The notes beneath the pieces are model-generated. The model ran no database searches, was not told where the DNA came from, and saw only the letters and a list, made by a program, of their open reading frames with translations. From Candidatus Bathyarchaeia archaeon (lineage in GTDB: Archaea; Thermoproteota; Bathyarchaeia; Bathyarchaeales; Bathycorpusculaceae): a DNA stretch of 59,933 bases. The stretch is from the NCBI GenBank assembly GCA_037481775.1, contig JBBFKZ010000010.1, forward strand, positions 1 through 59,933, in the 5' to 3' direction. Below, piece after piece: positions 18,846 to 29,410 of the stretch; the stretch's first letter is position 1; each line of letters opens with the position of its first letter. A program made the translations under genes and the position numbers.

Positions 18846-20915
18846 ATGTTTGATCCATGGCTTATAGCACCAATATCTGCAGCGCTGTCAATCTTAATCG
18901 GGCTATACTTCTATCATTACATCAACAAACAATCTTCTGGAACAGAAAAAATGCAAGAAATCTGCGGAGCAATCAGAGAAGGCTCAAGGGCATTCTTGAA
19001 ACGAGAATACAAAATCCTCGCCATCTTCGTAGTAATCGTCGGCACCCTTATCGGCGTTTTCCTGCCGCAGCCCGTTTGGACCAACGCTAACCCCATACAA
19101 AACCTTAGTTTAACCTTAGCCTACATGTTCGGCGCTTTCTGCTCAGCATTGGCAGGCTACTTCGGCATGGAAGTCGCAACAAAGGCCAACGCGAAAGCAG
19201 CATACGCAGCACGTAGCGGCCTGAACAAGGCTTTCCCGGTGGGATTTCGCGGCGGCGCAGTTATGGGGCTCGCCGTGGTCGGTTTCTCACTGCTTGGCAT
19301 AAGCATAGTTTACGCCATCACAGGAATGCCTGAAGACATGGAAGTCCCGCCAGTCTTAGCATTCAGCTTCGGCGCAAGTGCGCTGGCGCTTTTTGCGAAA
19401 GCAGGCGGCGGCATCTATACGAAAACCGCTGATATAAGCGCTGATCTCGTGGGCAAGGTTGAGTTGGGCATACCTGAAGATGACCCGAGAAACCCCGCGG
19501 TAATAGCGGACAACGTAGGCGATAACGTGGGCGACTGCGCAGGCATGGGCGCAGACCTTGCAGACTCGTACATTGCTAGCACAGTGGCCACAATGATTCT
19601 AGGCGTTGCATTAGGGAAAACAGAGATTGCATTGATTTTCACAGGTATAGGCATAATTGCCTCCATAATCGGCGCACTTACGCTACGCATAGGTGCGAAG
19701 GGTAATCCTGGAAAAGCGCTTAACATGGGAACCTACATCACATGCATACTGTTCTTGGCAATGACGTTTGTTGCTGTGTACTACCTTAATTATCCGCTTC
19801 AGTTGTGGGGCGCCGCTCTGGTTGGCTTAGTTGCGGGCATAGTAATTGGCACAACGTCGGATTACTTCACATCAGAGGATAAGAAGCCAGTTGCGAAGAC
19901 TGCTGAATCCGCAAAAACAGGTGCTGCAACAACAATTATCACAGGCTTCTCCTATGGGCTGCAAAGCGTTTTTCCGCCGCTGATTGGCATAGGCGCTGCT
20001 TCGGCAGTTGCATACTACCTCTGTGTACCTCTTGGCACAGGCTACGCCCTGTTCGGCATCAGCCTGGCGGCAGTCGGTATGCTCTCGATAGTAGGCATGA
20101 TAATCGCTAACGATGCTTACGGGCCAATAGTGGATAACGCACGTGGAATCGCGGAGCAGGCAGGCTTAGGCGAAGAAGTAATACGCGTAACCGACCAGTT
20201 AGATGCTGCGGGTAACACGGCTAAAGCGATTACAAAGGGCTTTGCAATAGGCGCGGCGGGCTTAACCGTTATCGCACTGCTTGCGGCGTTCCAAGAAATC
20301 GCAGCGAAAGCCGGCTACATGGTGACGTTTGACGTCATGAACCCCCTTGTGCTGATGGGTGCACTGATAGGCGTAGGCATGCCTGCAGTGTTTTCAGCTA
20401 TGCTCATGCTTGGTGTTGGACGCAACGCAGAACGAATGATAGCGGAGATCCGCAGGCAGTTCCAGGAAATTCCGGGATTACGCGAAGGCAAGCCGGGCGT
20501 CAAACCAGATTACGCGAAATGTGTTGACATAGCCACTACGGGTGCTCTGCGCGAATTACTACCCGCAAGCGTCCTAACGTTAGTTGTGACTTTGGTGGTG
20601 GGCTTTGTCGGCGGCATTCCAGCGCTAGGCGGCTACTTGGCAGGAAGCATATTCTCCGGTTTGCTGCTGGCGCTACTCATGGCGAACGCAGGCGGCTTAT
20701 GGGATAACGCGAAGAAACTCATTGAAACTGGAGTGCATGGTGGCAAAGGTTCAGAAGCACACAAAGCCGCTGTGGTAGGCGACACAGTCGGCGATCCATT
20801 CAAAGATACGGCTGGTCCATCGTTGAACACAATGATTACGGTTATGTCGCTGGTAGCTTCATTGTTTGCAGCGCTGATTGTCCAATACAACTTGTTGGGC
20901 CTGTTAGGGCTTTAG
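18846..20915 (+). CDS. hppA: membrane-bound ion-translocating pyrophosphatase (K+-independent signature)
   Basis: GGGIYTKTAD.SADLVGKVE, PEDDPRNP..IADNVGDNVGD, GNTAKAITKG, GDTVGDPFKDTAGP. Confidence 0.96.
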   Translation: MFDPWLIAPISAALSILIGLYFYHYINKQSSGTEKMQEICGAIREGSRAFLKREYKILAIFVVIVGTLIGVFLPQPVWTNANPIQNLSLTLAYMFGAFCSALAGYFGMEVATKANAKAAYAARSGLNKAFPVGFRGGAVMGLAVVGFSLLGISIVYAITGMPEDMEVPPVLAFSFGASALALFAKAGGGIYTKTADISADLVGKVELGIPEDDPRNPAVIADNVGDNVGDCAGMGADLADSYIASTVATMILGVALGKTEIALIFTGIGIIASIIGALTLRIGAKGNPGKALNMGTYITCILFLAMTFVAVYYLNYPLQLWGAALVGLVAGIVIGTTSDYFTSEDKKPVAKTAESAKTGAATTIITGFSYGLQSVFPPLIGIGAASAVAYYLCVPLGTGYALFGISLAAVGMLSIVGMIIANDAYGPIVDNARGIAEQAGLGEEVIRVTDQLDAAGNTAKAITKGFAIGAAGLTVIALLAAFQEIAAKAGYMVTFDVMNPLVLMGALIGVGMPAVFSAMLMLGVGRNAERMIAEIRRQFQEIPGLREGKPGVKPDYAKCVDIATTGALRELLPASVLTLVVTLVVGFVGGIPALGGYLAGSIFSGLLLALLMANAGGLWDNAKKLIETGVHGGKGSEAHKAAVVGDTVGDPFKDTAGPSLNTMITVMSLVASLFAALIVQYNLLGLLGL

Positions 20916-21012
20916 TGCCTTCAACAACTACTCTTTTTTTATTCGCCACTTCTCCATGGTGTCCGCCAAGTGCTGTTGAGATTTACGGCTCAATGTTGAA
21001 GCGAGTGAAAGG

Positions 21013-22296
21013 TTATGGGTAGAACCTGCGTGTGGTTCTTGGAAATGGAATGGCGTCGATTATGTTTTCTAAATCAAGCATCCACGTTAACAGTCTTTCA
21101 AGCCCTAAGCCGAAACCGACGTGGGGCACAGTGCCATAGCGGCGGAGGTCTAGGTACCAGTTGTAATCCTCTTCTTTCAAGCCCATTTCGCGTATTCGCC
21201 GAATCAGCGTGTCCTTGTCATCTTCTCTAGCGCCGCCCGTGGAGATCTCGCCTATTCTGGGAACCAGCATGTCTACGGACATGGCGATTTCAGGGCGGTC
21301 CCGGTAAGTTTTGCAGTAAAACGCCTTCACAGCCGCGGGGTAATCATAGATGAAGAATGGTTTGTCGAATTCTTCAGCCAATGCTTTTTCCTCATCGTAA
21401 CCAAAATCGTCGCCCCACTTGAGGCTGGATCCCTTCTTGGCGAGCCTTTCAATCGCTTCAGTATAGGTAATTCTCGGAAAAGGTGTTTTAACAGAACCTA
21501 TCTTGGCAGCGTCAACGCCTAGCTCTTCAAGCTGCTTTTTGCATTTTTCAGCGGTTTGCTGGCAAATATGCGCTAATAGCTCCTCTTCGAAGCGCATGAG
21601 GTCTTGCATGTTAGCGAAGGGCCATTCGCCTTCGATATGCCAGTATTCGGTTAAATGCCTGATTGTGCGGCTTTTTTCAGCGCGGAAGGAAGGTGCAATA
21701 CAGTAAACCTTCTCTAACGAGTAAATTAGAATTTCAAGGTAAAGCTGCGAGCTCTGTGTTAAATAGAGGTCTTGGTCAAAATATTTTAAGCCAAAAAGAG
21801 TGGAGCCGCCCTCCACAGCTGCTGAGATAAACATGGGCGGTGAAACTTCTGTGAAATCTTGGCTTTTGAAGAACTCGCGAGTGAAGTCCAGAACGTTAGC
21901 TCTGATTTTCATGATTAGATTCATTCGGCGGCTGCGCAGCCACAGGTGGCGGACATCTCGTATGAATTCTTCGCTTTTGTCTTTGGTTATCGGGAAAAGT
22001 TCCGCCAACCCGATAATGGAGATAGCTTCAGCGGCGATTTCGTAGCCGCCTGGCGCGCGCTTGTCAGGCTTAACTATGCCCTCAAGCATTAAGGAAGATT
22101 CAATAGTCAAACGTTCCGCTTCGTTCCAAGCAGGGCTGTCCTTTCCGACAGTACATTGGACAAAGCCTGTTGAGTCTCGAACTAGAAGGAAAATCATTGT
22201 TTTTCCTTCGCGCTTGCGGTAAACCCATCCTCTAACAGTAACTCTTTTACCGTCACAGCAGCCATCAAGGACTTCGCGAATCTTCACCAGAGTCAT
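21013..22296 (-). CDS. asnS: asparagine--tRNA ligase
   Basis: N-terminal OB fold, YLTQSSQLY, FRAEKSRT.RHLTEYW, YGTVPH.GFGLGLER. Confidence 0.9.
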   Translation of the reverse strand: MTLVKIREVLDGCCDGKRVTVRGWVYRKREGKTMIFLLVRDSTGFVQCTVGKDSPAWNEAERLTIESSLMLEGIVKPDKRAPGGYEIAAEAISIIGLAELFPITKDKSEEFIRDVRHLWLRSRRMNLIMKIRANVLDFTREFFKSQDFTEVSPPMFISAAVEGGSTLFGLKYFDQDLYLTQSSQLYLEILIYSLEKVYCIAPSFRAEKSRTIRHLTEYWHIEGEWPFANMQDLMRFEEELLAHICQQTAEKCKKQLEELGVDAAKIGSVKTPFPRITYTEAIERLAKKGSSLKWGDDFGYDEEKALAEEFDKPFFIYDYPAAVKAFYCKTYRDRPEIAMSVDMLVPRIGEISTGGAREDDKDTLIRRIREMGLKEEDYNWYLDLRRYGTVPHVGFGLGLERLLTWMLDLENIIDAIPFPRTTRRFYP

Positions 22297-22505
22297 GTTG
22301 CATCAACTGCTTCCTTTAGGTATCACGTTCAAACCTAAATTCCTATCTATTTTAGGCTTTAAACTTAACGTGAAATAAACGTGACTCTGTAAGGAGCAAC
22401 TAGTAGCCATTTAGAAACTGGAAACTGTACGCGCTCCAGAATCCTTCGCTTCCTAAATATTAGAAACAGAAAAAAGGAGGAAAAAGAGTTTCCCGTATCT
22501 GCTGT

Positions 22506-25055
22506 CTAAGAGCGCTTTCTAAGCACCAGTATGTTTATGATTGTAGCTACGATGATCACAACGATTATGCCAATCACTGCAGGCACAAAGTATATATCCG
22601 CAATAGATTCAGCCGGTGGAGTCGCTGCAGGTGTAGCGGCTGGCGCTTCTTCTACGAATACAGCGGTTTCAGCATAAGATCCATAGTAAGCCTTAGAGCC
22701 GCCAAAGCGGGCAACAATCGTATACTTGCCAGGAACAGGCGGATCAAAAGCTGCGCTGTAGAAGCCGCTACCATCCGTAGTGGTTCGGGCAACTTCATAG
22801 TAGTTGTTGTTAGGATCCAGCACCTCAACGACGACTTCGACGCCCTTAACGTTTGCCGGACACGGGAACTGCTTATACACGTAAAGCATCCAATCACTCA
22901 TCGACTCATCCGCCACGGCTGGCACACCATTCGGGAACCGCATAGTCAAAATCGGGTCTTTTGTGCCTGGCGAGATGTCTGTTATCATGCCTTTTACGAG
23001 GACTTTGCTGCCGTGGACTGCGATTTCAGGCGAGGCTTCAACAGTGGTTTTACTTGGACCCTTGCCGATGGCGTATATGCGCTGGTCATACGTGTCCATA
23101 GTCGCGATGATGCTATCACCTATAATTGCTGCGCCTCCCCAGCGGGTCTGACGGAACAAGCCGTTTACGCGCCATATTACGTCGCCTGTTTCAGCGTCGA
23201 GGCATACGAAGGGTGCGCCTCGGGGCATTGGGTTTTCCGCTGAGTGCTCAGTGTGGCCCATGTAGATTTTGCCGTCTGCGATTACGGAGATCCATGCCCA
23301 CCAGTAGTTGCCTGTTACTGGCTCGGTGTAGGGGTCGTCTAGTTTGTATGTCCATAGGGTGTTGCCTGTTTTGAGGTCGTAACAGTATAGTATGCCCGCA
23401 ACGCCTGTCGAGTAGAGTCTGCCGTAGGCAAAGAACCATGAGTGCTCGATGGCGCCGGCGCCGTAAGCGTTCAAGAAATGTTCAGAATCAGTTTCCCATA
23501 GGAAAGATCCGGTTTCTGTGCTGAATGCATAGTGCTTCCTAAGCTCTTTAGCCCATAACGCGATAACACCGTTTTCAGCTTCATTGGTTGCGCCTACAAA
23601 GTGCAACGTAACTTGCCCCTCGCTCCAGACAGCAGGCGCTTTCCACCATTTATCGAATAATGTTGAGGTGGAAGTGGATTTAGAATTCAAGCCTTTGAGG
23701 TTTAATGCCCAAACGCGAACATCGGTCTGATTGAAGGATATTGTAACTACTCTGTCTTCTGGATAGATCTTAGTTGTCGTAGCGAAGAGACCAACGCTGA
23801 AAGGTGTTAAACCTGCTGGAATAGTTACGTTCCACGAATAGCACCTAGGGTCAGACGCGTCGATAGTTGAGCCGGAAACGAGGGGACCTCCCCAGAAGTT
23901 GCTCCAACTGCCATATGTTGTGGGATCAATCGCAAAGCCTGGCGCGGTTTGTCCCGCTGCGGTCTGATTCCAGAGGGCCATCCAGCGATTAGCGTAGTCT
24001 ATTTGGTAGATGAGGATTTCACCGCTTGGACCGAAGACGCGTGTGCCAGAAGGCATGTTTATCATCGTGTAAGTCCATTCGCCAGTGAATGGATCATAAG
24101 CTTTCCATGTTGAGCCAGCGCTTGTGTCCCAAAGGTAAGTGTAGACTCCGTCGTAATTGAAGCTATTGAAGTAGAATACTTGTCCGAAAGATAGGTAAGT
24201 GTTGTTTCTGAACCACAGTTCTTCTCCTGTATGCAGATCAACTGCGATGATACCTTTTTGGCCGGCGTAATCGTCGTCTCTGTTATAGTATAGCACGCCA
24301 TTGAGTATGACTGAGTTTATGAATTTGCCAGCGTATGCGTCGCCTGTTTCAGATGACGCTGGAACGCCTGTCAATAGTCCGCCAGCTAATCCTCCGGTGG
24401 TAAGCGGTTTCACCCATAGCACATGTGCGGTCTCAGGTGCGTCGTCATTATAAAGGGCAAGCGAATTATCGGGTCGCTGAACCCAGTTTCCAGAGACTGC
24501 GTACCATTCGCGTAGTTGTGGGTCAATGGGGCGTGTCCAGTATTCCGATGGAAGAGGCATGCCAGGATGTTCTTGCCGTGGCTGCTCGGTGACAACAAGG
24601 TCTATTGTGTCACTTGTAGCAGCTCCGACCACGGTACCCGCAAAAATTAGAATGCCTCTTTCATAATCAAAGAATGTCTGCGGAACTGCCTGCTCAGGAA
24701 AGTGCGCGGTTAGCTTGTATGTACCCGCTGTATTAGGTATGAACGTTATGGCGGTTCCACCTGTGGAGTCTGTTCTATATGGGCCTAAGGTTTGGCTGGT
24801 GCCGTCTGGCTTGACAACTGTTACTGTTAAGCCTGTCCACCCATCTTGTGGGTAGCCTAATGCTTGAAAAACGCCGAATCGTATCAGCACTTCTTGGCCG
24901 ACGCCTACGGGGTTAGGCACGGCGTCTACAAAGGCGAAAGTTTTCATTCTTGCCGCTTGCGCTTTAATCGGCAGGACCGCAAATCCGGCGGCCATGATCA
25001 GCAGCAGAAACAAAGCAACTGCAGCAGTAGCAATTCTCCTTCTCCTATAAGTCAT
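22506..25055 (-). CDS. secreted PQQ-binding-like beta-propeller surface protein
   Basis: signal peptide, Ig-like N-domain (PNPVGVGQ), repeated D..TG...W blades, C-terminal Ig domain and TM anchor. Confidence 0.88.
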   Translation of the reverse strand: MTYRRRRIATAAVALFLLLIMAAGFAVLPIKAQAARMKTFAFVDAVPNPVGVGQEVLIRFGVFQALGYPQDGWTGLTVTVVKPDGTSQTLGPYRTDSTGGTAITFIPNTAGTYKLTAHFPEQAVPQTFFDYERGILIFAGTVVGAATSDTIDLVVTEQPRQEHPGMPLPSEYWTRPIDPQLREWYAVSGNWVQRPDNSLALYNDDAPETAHVLWVKPLTTGGLAGGLLTGVPASSETGDAYAGKFINSVILNGVLYYNRDDDYAGQKGIIAVDLHTGEELWFRNNTYLSFGQVFYFNSFNYDGVYTYLWDTSAGSTWKAYDPFTGEWTYTMINMPSGTRVFGPSGEILIYQIDYANRWMALWNQTAAGQTAPGFAIDPTTYGSWSNFWGGPLVSGSTIDASDPRCYSWNVTIPAGLTPFSVGLFATTTKIYPEDRVVTISFNQTDVRVWALNLKGLNSKSTSTSTLFDKWWKAPAVWSEGQVTLHFVGATNEAENGVIALWAKELRKHYAFSTETGSFLWETDSEHFLNAYGAGAIEHSWFFAYGRLYSTGVAGILYCYDLKTGNTLWTYKLDDPYTEPVTGNYWWAWISVIADGKIYMGHTEHSAENPMPRGAPFVCLDAETGDVIWRVNGLFRQTRWGGAAIIGDSIIATMDTYDQRIYAIGKGPSKTTVEASPEIAVHGSKVLVKGMITDISPGTKDPILTMRFPNGVPAVADESMSDWMLYVYKQFPCPANVKGVEVVVEVLDPNNNYYEVARTTTDGSGFYSAAFDPPVPGKYTIVARFGGSKAYYGSYAETAVFVEEAPAATPAATPPAESIADIYFVPAVIGIIVVIIVATIINILVLRKRS

Positions 25056-25295
25056 CTTTATTTCTCTCCTAAACTTTATTTGGCGTCTCCCATCGCCATT
25101 TCTACTCTTTTGTAATGATGGATTATTAAACTTTTCTTGCGATACCCATTTTCGATTTTGAAATGGAATTTAACTCGCATCACCAACATTATTTTTTAAA
25201 AAACAAAAGGTAAAACGCGTTTCTGAGCAGTGCGCTTTTGCCATTAACATGGCCGTAAACAAAAAAGAGGGGGGAATTGAGTGCGTCTTTGCTGT

Positions 25296-27854
25296 TTACC
25301 GCTTACGAAGCATCATAATTATTATCAATCCAACGACGACTATTGCCACAATTGCTGCCGCACCAATGCCCAAAACGTACGTGTCAGTCATCGGTGCAGG
25401 TGTGGGGGTAGCTTCAGGCCCAGGTGGTGCTTCCTCAACATATATGGCAGTTTTCGCGAACGATCCATAGTAGGCTTTAGAGCCCGGGAACCTGGCTATT
25501 ACGGTGTACTCTCCGGGAACAGGCGGTTCAAACGTCAGCCTGAAGAAGCCACTGTCATCAGTTGTGGTTCGACCAACCTCGTAGAAGTTCTTGTTAGGGT
25601 CATATACCTCAACGACCACTTCAACGCCTTTCACGTCAGTGGGACGCGGGAACTGCTTGTAGACGTACAGCATCCAGTCACTCATCGACTCATCCGCCAC
25701 GGCCGGCACACCATTCGGAAACCGCATCGTCAACGCTGGGCTCTTTGTGCCAGGCGAGATATCGGTGACCATGCCTTCCACGAGGACTTTGCCGCCGTGC
25801 ACTGAAATCTTCGGCGACGCCGAAACAGACGTGGCGCTCGGACCCTTGCCTAACGCGAATATCAGTAGGTCGTAGGTGTCCATTTTTACGATGATGCTGT
25901 CCCCTATGAAGCCGCGGCCACCCCAATCGGTTCCACGGACAAGACCATTAACTCGCCATATTACTTCTCCTGTAGTTGCGTTGAGGCAGACGTATGGCGC
26001 GCCGCGTGGTAGTGGGTTGTTGTCAGAGTGCGCACTGTGCCTTAGGTATATTTTGCCGTCGACAATGAAGTCGACACGGATGTTCCAGTTGTTGCTCCAT
26101 AGGATTTCATTGTAGGGGTCATAGGCCTCGTAGCTCCATAGTTTCTTGCCTGTTTTTGCATCGTAACAGTCTACTATGCCCTTAGTGCCGTGCGTATAGA
26201 CTTTGCCGTCGTGTATGATGGTCCACGTCTCGAGGTAGCTTAGGTAATGTTCAGGGGGTTCAGTTGGACCCCACATGTACTCGCCCGTATCCAAGTTGTA
26301 GCAGTAGTTTGTGCCCAGTTCTTTCATGTGCACGACGAAAACGCGGTCTTTCACGCCGACGCGTGTATAGCCAACAGTTACGTTGCCCTGCGGCACGTTA
26401 TGGGTTTTGTTGTACAGTAAGCGTCCTTCATCGCCTGGTTTCAAACTTATCGCCCAAATTGTGAAGGGCGGATTATTGAATGCTTCGCCACCGAATCCAT
26501 ACGTATTCCTGTAATAGCCGATTACCAAGTCTAGTGCTATGTAGTAGCTTGGGCTTCCTGGTAAGCCTGTGGGTATTGTCTTGTTCCATTGATAGCCATT
26601 CAACCCCAGAGGCGTGGCGCTTGTTACTGGAACAGAGCCTACAGCGTTGATCACTTTACCTTGGGGTCGCCATGACCCGAATTGAGGGCTGTTTTCTGTT
26701 GTGCCCCAGTAAGCGCTAATAACCGCAGTGGAATTCCACATGGCTATCCAACCTGCTGCTTGGTTAATTTGGTATCTCAAAAGCTCGCCCATTGGACCAA
26801 CAACCGTGGTGCCGCTTGGAATGTTTGTCATTGTAAATAGCCAGCGTCCGTCTGTGATATCAAAGGCGTGCCAGTTAGTAACGCCTCCAACTGTTTCTGA
26901 TGTCCACAGGTAGGCGAATGCTCCCTGAACGTTGTAAGAGTTAAACTCCATTACTTGACCGAAAGATAATGTTTGTCGGGTACCATTAGGCGGAATAAGC
27001 GGTCTCTTCCACAGTTCTTCGCCAGTGTGAATATCAACAGCCACAACGTAATTGTCGACTGCGGTACCGCCTATAGTGTTAAACTTATTGTAGAAGACTT
27101 TGCCGTTAATGATTACTGTGCCAGAGAATTTGCCTTCGTAGGCGTCTCCACAGAAATATGAGTAATCACCAAGCGGTGCTCCAACGAGTCCGCCTTCTTC
27201 TATTGGTTTTGTCCAGAGCACATGTGCTGTTTCTGGTGCATCTTCATTGCCCGGTTCTATTGACCCAGCTAATGTATCTTGGAATTGGTATATTCCCAGC
27301 CAGTTTCCGCAGATGTTCTTCCATTCTCTGAATTGTGCGTCAACTGGTCGTGTCCAGTATTCTGTTGGAAGCGGGGCGCTAGGGTAGATGGGTATCGGCT
27401 CAGGTAAAACCTCAAGCTCTAACACGGGGCTGTCGCTGGCTTCAAAATATATATTATACCGCTGACCGCCAGCAGTAAAGTTGTACCACTGAGCGGGGAA
27501 ATGCGTTTGAAGCTTGTAGGTGCCAGGCACGCTGGGTACGTATACTGTGCCTGTGCCGCCTGTTGAGTCTGTGCGGAATGGGCCAAGCGTCTCAGTAGAG
27601 CCATCTGGCTTCGTCACCGTAACAGTCAAGCCCACCCAGCTGTCCCGTGTGATTTGCAGTTGCTGAGTGATGCCGATGTGAAGCAATGTCTCTTGACCTA
27701 CGCCAACGGGGTTAGGTGTAGCACCAATGAAAGCGTAGGTTTTTTGATTGCCCACAAGTTGACCAGCAACGGGGAAAACCACAAGCGTTATTGACAATGC
27801 GAGTATTAGAAACAGAGAAAGGGCAGCTGCAGCAGTCTCTTTCGAGATTTCCAT
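25296..27854 (-). CDS. secreted PQQ-binding-like beta-propeller surface protein (paralog of 22506-25055)
   Basis: same architecture, with near-identical C-terminal block (MRFPNGVPAVADESMSDWMLYVYKQFP); start at 27854 chosen from RBS spacing. Confidence 0.88.
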   Translation of the reverse strand: MEISKETAAAALSLFLILALSITLVVFPVAGQLVGNQKTYAFIGATPNPVGVGQETLLHIGITQQLQITRDSWVGLTVTVTKPDGSTETLGPFRTDSTGGTGTVYVPSVPGTYKLQTHFPAQWYNFTAGGQRYNIYFEASDSPVLELEVLPEPIPIYPSAPLPTEYWTRPVDAQFREWKNICGNWLGIYQFQDTLAGSIEPGNEDAPETAHVLWTKPIEEGGLVGAPLGDYSYFCGDAYEGKFSGTVIINGKVFYNKFNTIGGTAVDNYVVAVDIHTGEELWKRPLIPPNGTRQTLSFGQVMEFNSYNVQGAFAYLWTSETVGGVTNWHAFDITDGRWLFTMTNIPSGTTVVGPMGELLRYQINQAAGWIAMWNSTAVISAYWGTTENSPQFGSWRPQGKVINAVGSVPVTSATPLGLNGYQWNKTIPTGLPGSPSYYIALDLVIGYYRNTYGFGGEAFNNPPFTIWAISLKPGDEGRLLYNKTHNVPQGNVTVGYTRVGVKDRVFVVHMKELGTNYCYNLDTGEYMWGPTEPPEHYLSYLETWTIIHDGKVYTHGTKGIVDCYDAKTGKKLWSYEAYDPYNEILWSNNWNIRVDFIVDGKIYLRHSAHSDNNPLPRGAPYVCLNATTGEVIWRVNGLVRGTDWGGRGFIGDSIIVKMDTYDLLIFALGKGPSATSVSASPKISVHGGKVLVEGMVTDISPGTKSPALTMRFPNGVPAVADESMSDWMLYVYKQFPRPTDVKGVEVVVEVYDPNKNFYEVGRTTTDDSGFFRLTFEPPVPGEYTVIARFPGSKAYYGSFAKTAIYVEEAPPGPEATPTPAPMTDTYVLGIGAAAIVAIVVVGLIIIMMLRKR

Positions 27855-28171
27855 CTTCTCCATTCTCCTACAGTTTATGCGATTTAAATCGCAATTTCCT
27901 CATTTGCACTTATTTACCTATTAAATTTTTCCAATGTGCAACAAGCCCTGTGGAATTTCACTTTGGCTTATATACAACAGACAATTCCGGAAAGACTAAA
28001 ATGAGGCACGATTCAACGGTAACTTAGGGGTTTACTGCCTAATGGACTTTTGCATAAAATAAATTAGCCCTTGTTTGCTATACTACTGTATAATGACCCA
28101 AATGGAAGCGCTACCTGTGATTCGTAAAATTAACGCGCAATGTACATACGTCATGAGGGTGTGGAAGTAAG

Positions 28172-28816
28172 TTGCCGTTTATCTATGATTTTTCGCTTTT
28201 CTTGGTGTCAATCGTTTTCATTTCACTATCTGGTGTGCTTTTGCCTGGGCCGCTGTTTGCGGTTACGGTTGCAAAGGCTGTGAAAAGTAAAACTGCCGGT
28301 GCGCTTATTGCTCTAGGTCATGGAATCGTCGAATTTCCACTAATGTTCCTGCTTTATTTTGGACTAAACCGATTTGCAGCCATACCTGAAGCAGTGCAAG
28401 TCGCGGTGGGGTTGGTTGGCGGATCGCTGATGATGCTTACCGGTGTGCAAGCTTTCCGAAACCGCAACAAAACTAATGAATCGCATAGAGGTTCAGGCAA
28501 GGATTCCATTGTGGCTGGTGTATGGACAACTGCGGCAAACGCGGGTTTCGTATTATGGTGGTTAACTATAGGTCTTGCGTTAATAATGAACGCGAAAATT
28601 TTCGGGCTAGTAGGCTTCTCCATATTCGCAGGAGTACACTGGCTCTGCGATTTCGCATGGTACACGTTCGTAGCCGTGCTAATTTTCAAATCACAACGTT
28701 TCTGGACGAGGAGAGTACATCAGGGCGTTACATTTTTCTGCGTTGCAGTATTCTTATTTTTTGGCGCATGGTTTTTTGGTTCAGCATTATGGCAAGCCAT
28801 CACAGGGGCAGCGTGA
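28172..28816 (+). CDS. LysE/RhtB family transporter
   Basis: SG.LLPGP motif in TM1, GH..VE, N..F..WW; six TM segments. Confidence 0.88.
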   Translation: MPFIYDFSLFLVSIVFISLSGVLLPGPLFAVTVAKAVKSKTAGALIALGHGIVEFPLMFLLYFGLNRFAAIPEAVQVAVGLVGGSLMMLTGVQAFRNRNKTNESHRGSGKDSIVAGVWTTAANAGFVLWWLTIGLALIMNAKIFGLVGFSIFAGVHWLCDFAWYTFVAVLIFKSQRFWTRRVHQGVTFFCVAVFLFFGAWFFGSALWQAITGAA

Positions 28817-28831
28817 AAGGAGAAAAATGAA

Positions 28832-29410
28832 ATGACAGCTGAACTTCAGGTTGGAAAAGCGTTCATACGCATAGTGAAAGGCGACATTACAGAAATGGCG
28901 ACAGATGCCATAGTAAACGCTGCAAATTCTTCGCTTATGGGAGGAGGCGGCGTAGACGGCGCGATACACCGCAAAGGAGGCCCCAAGATACTGGAAGAAT
29001 GCAAAAAAATACGGGCAACAGAATGGCCACATGGACTGCCCGCTGGAAAGGCTGTTATTACAGGCGGAGGTAACCTCAAAGCGAAATACGTTATCCACAC
29101 AGTTGGGCCTATCTGGCATGGAGGAGACCGCGGCGAAGCAGAACTTTTGGCGCAGGCTTATCAGAATTCACTGAAGCTCGCCGTAGCTAAAGGGTTGAAA
29201 TCAATAGCTTTCCCAGCTATAAGCACGGGCGCCTATGGTTATCCTATCGAAGACGCGTGCAAAATCGCTTTAACAGTGGTAAAAAAATTTCTGCAAAAAG
29301 AAGATGGCCTAAATAAGGTTGTGTTTGTCTTGTTTTCTGAAAGTGCATTTAAAGTCTATTTTAACATGATTTTTGGCAACGCAAATAAAACCTGTACCGT
29401 TCCTTTTTGA
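28832..29410 (+). CDS. macrodomain O-acetyl-ADP-ribose deacetylase (YmdB-like)
   Basis: GDIT....DAIVNAAN..L.GGGGVDGAIH, VIHTVGP, FPAISTG.YGYP. Confidence 0.93.
   Translation: MTAELQVGKAFIRIVKGDITEMATDAIVNAANSSLMGGGGVDGAIHRKGGPKILEECKKIRATEWPHGLPAGKAVITGGGNLKAKYVIHTVGPIWHGGDRGEAELLAQAYQNSLKLAVAKGLKSIAFPAISTGAYGYPIEDACKIALTVVKKFLQKEDGLNKVVFVLFSESAFKVYFNMIFGNANKTCTVPF

Noticed and set aside
13149-28027. Numerous short antisense ORFs within acs, ATPase, hppA, asnS and propeller genes
   Set aside because: Fully overlapped by well-supported genes on the opposite strand or frame; typical shadow ORFs
28832-29410. Macrodomain gene as cargo or defence gene of the integrated element
   Set aside because: It lies outside the att repeat at 29550-29575 and is co-oriented with the host LysE gene
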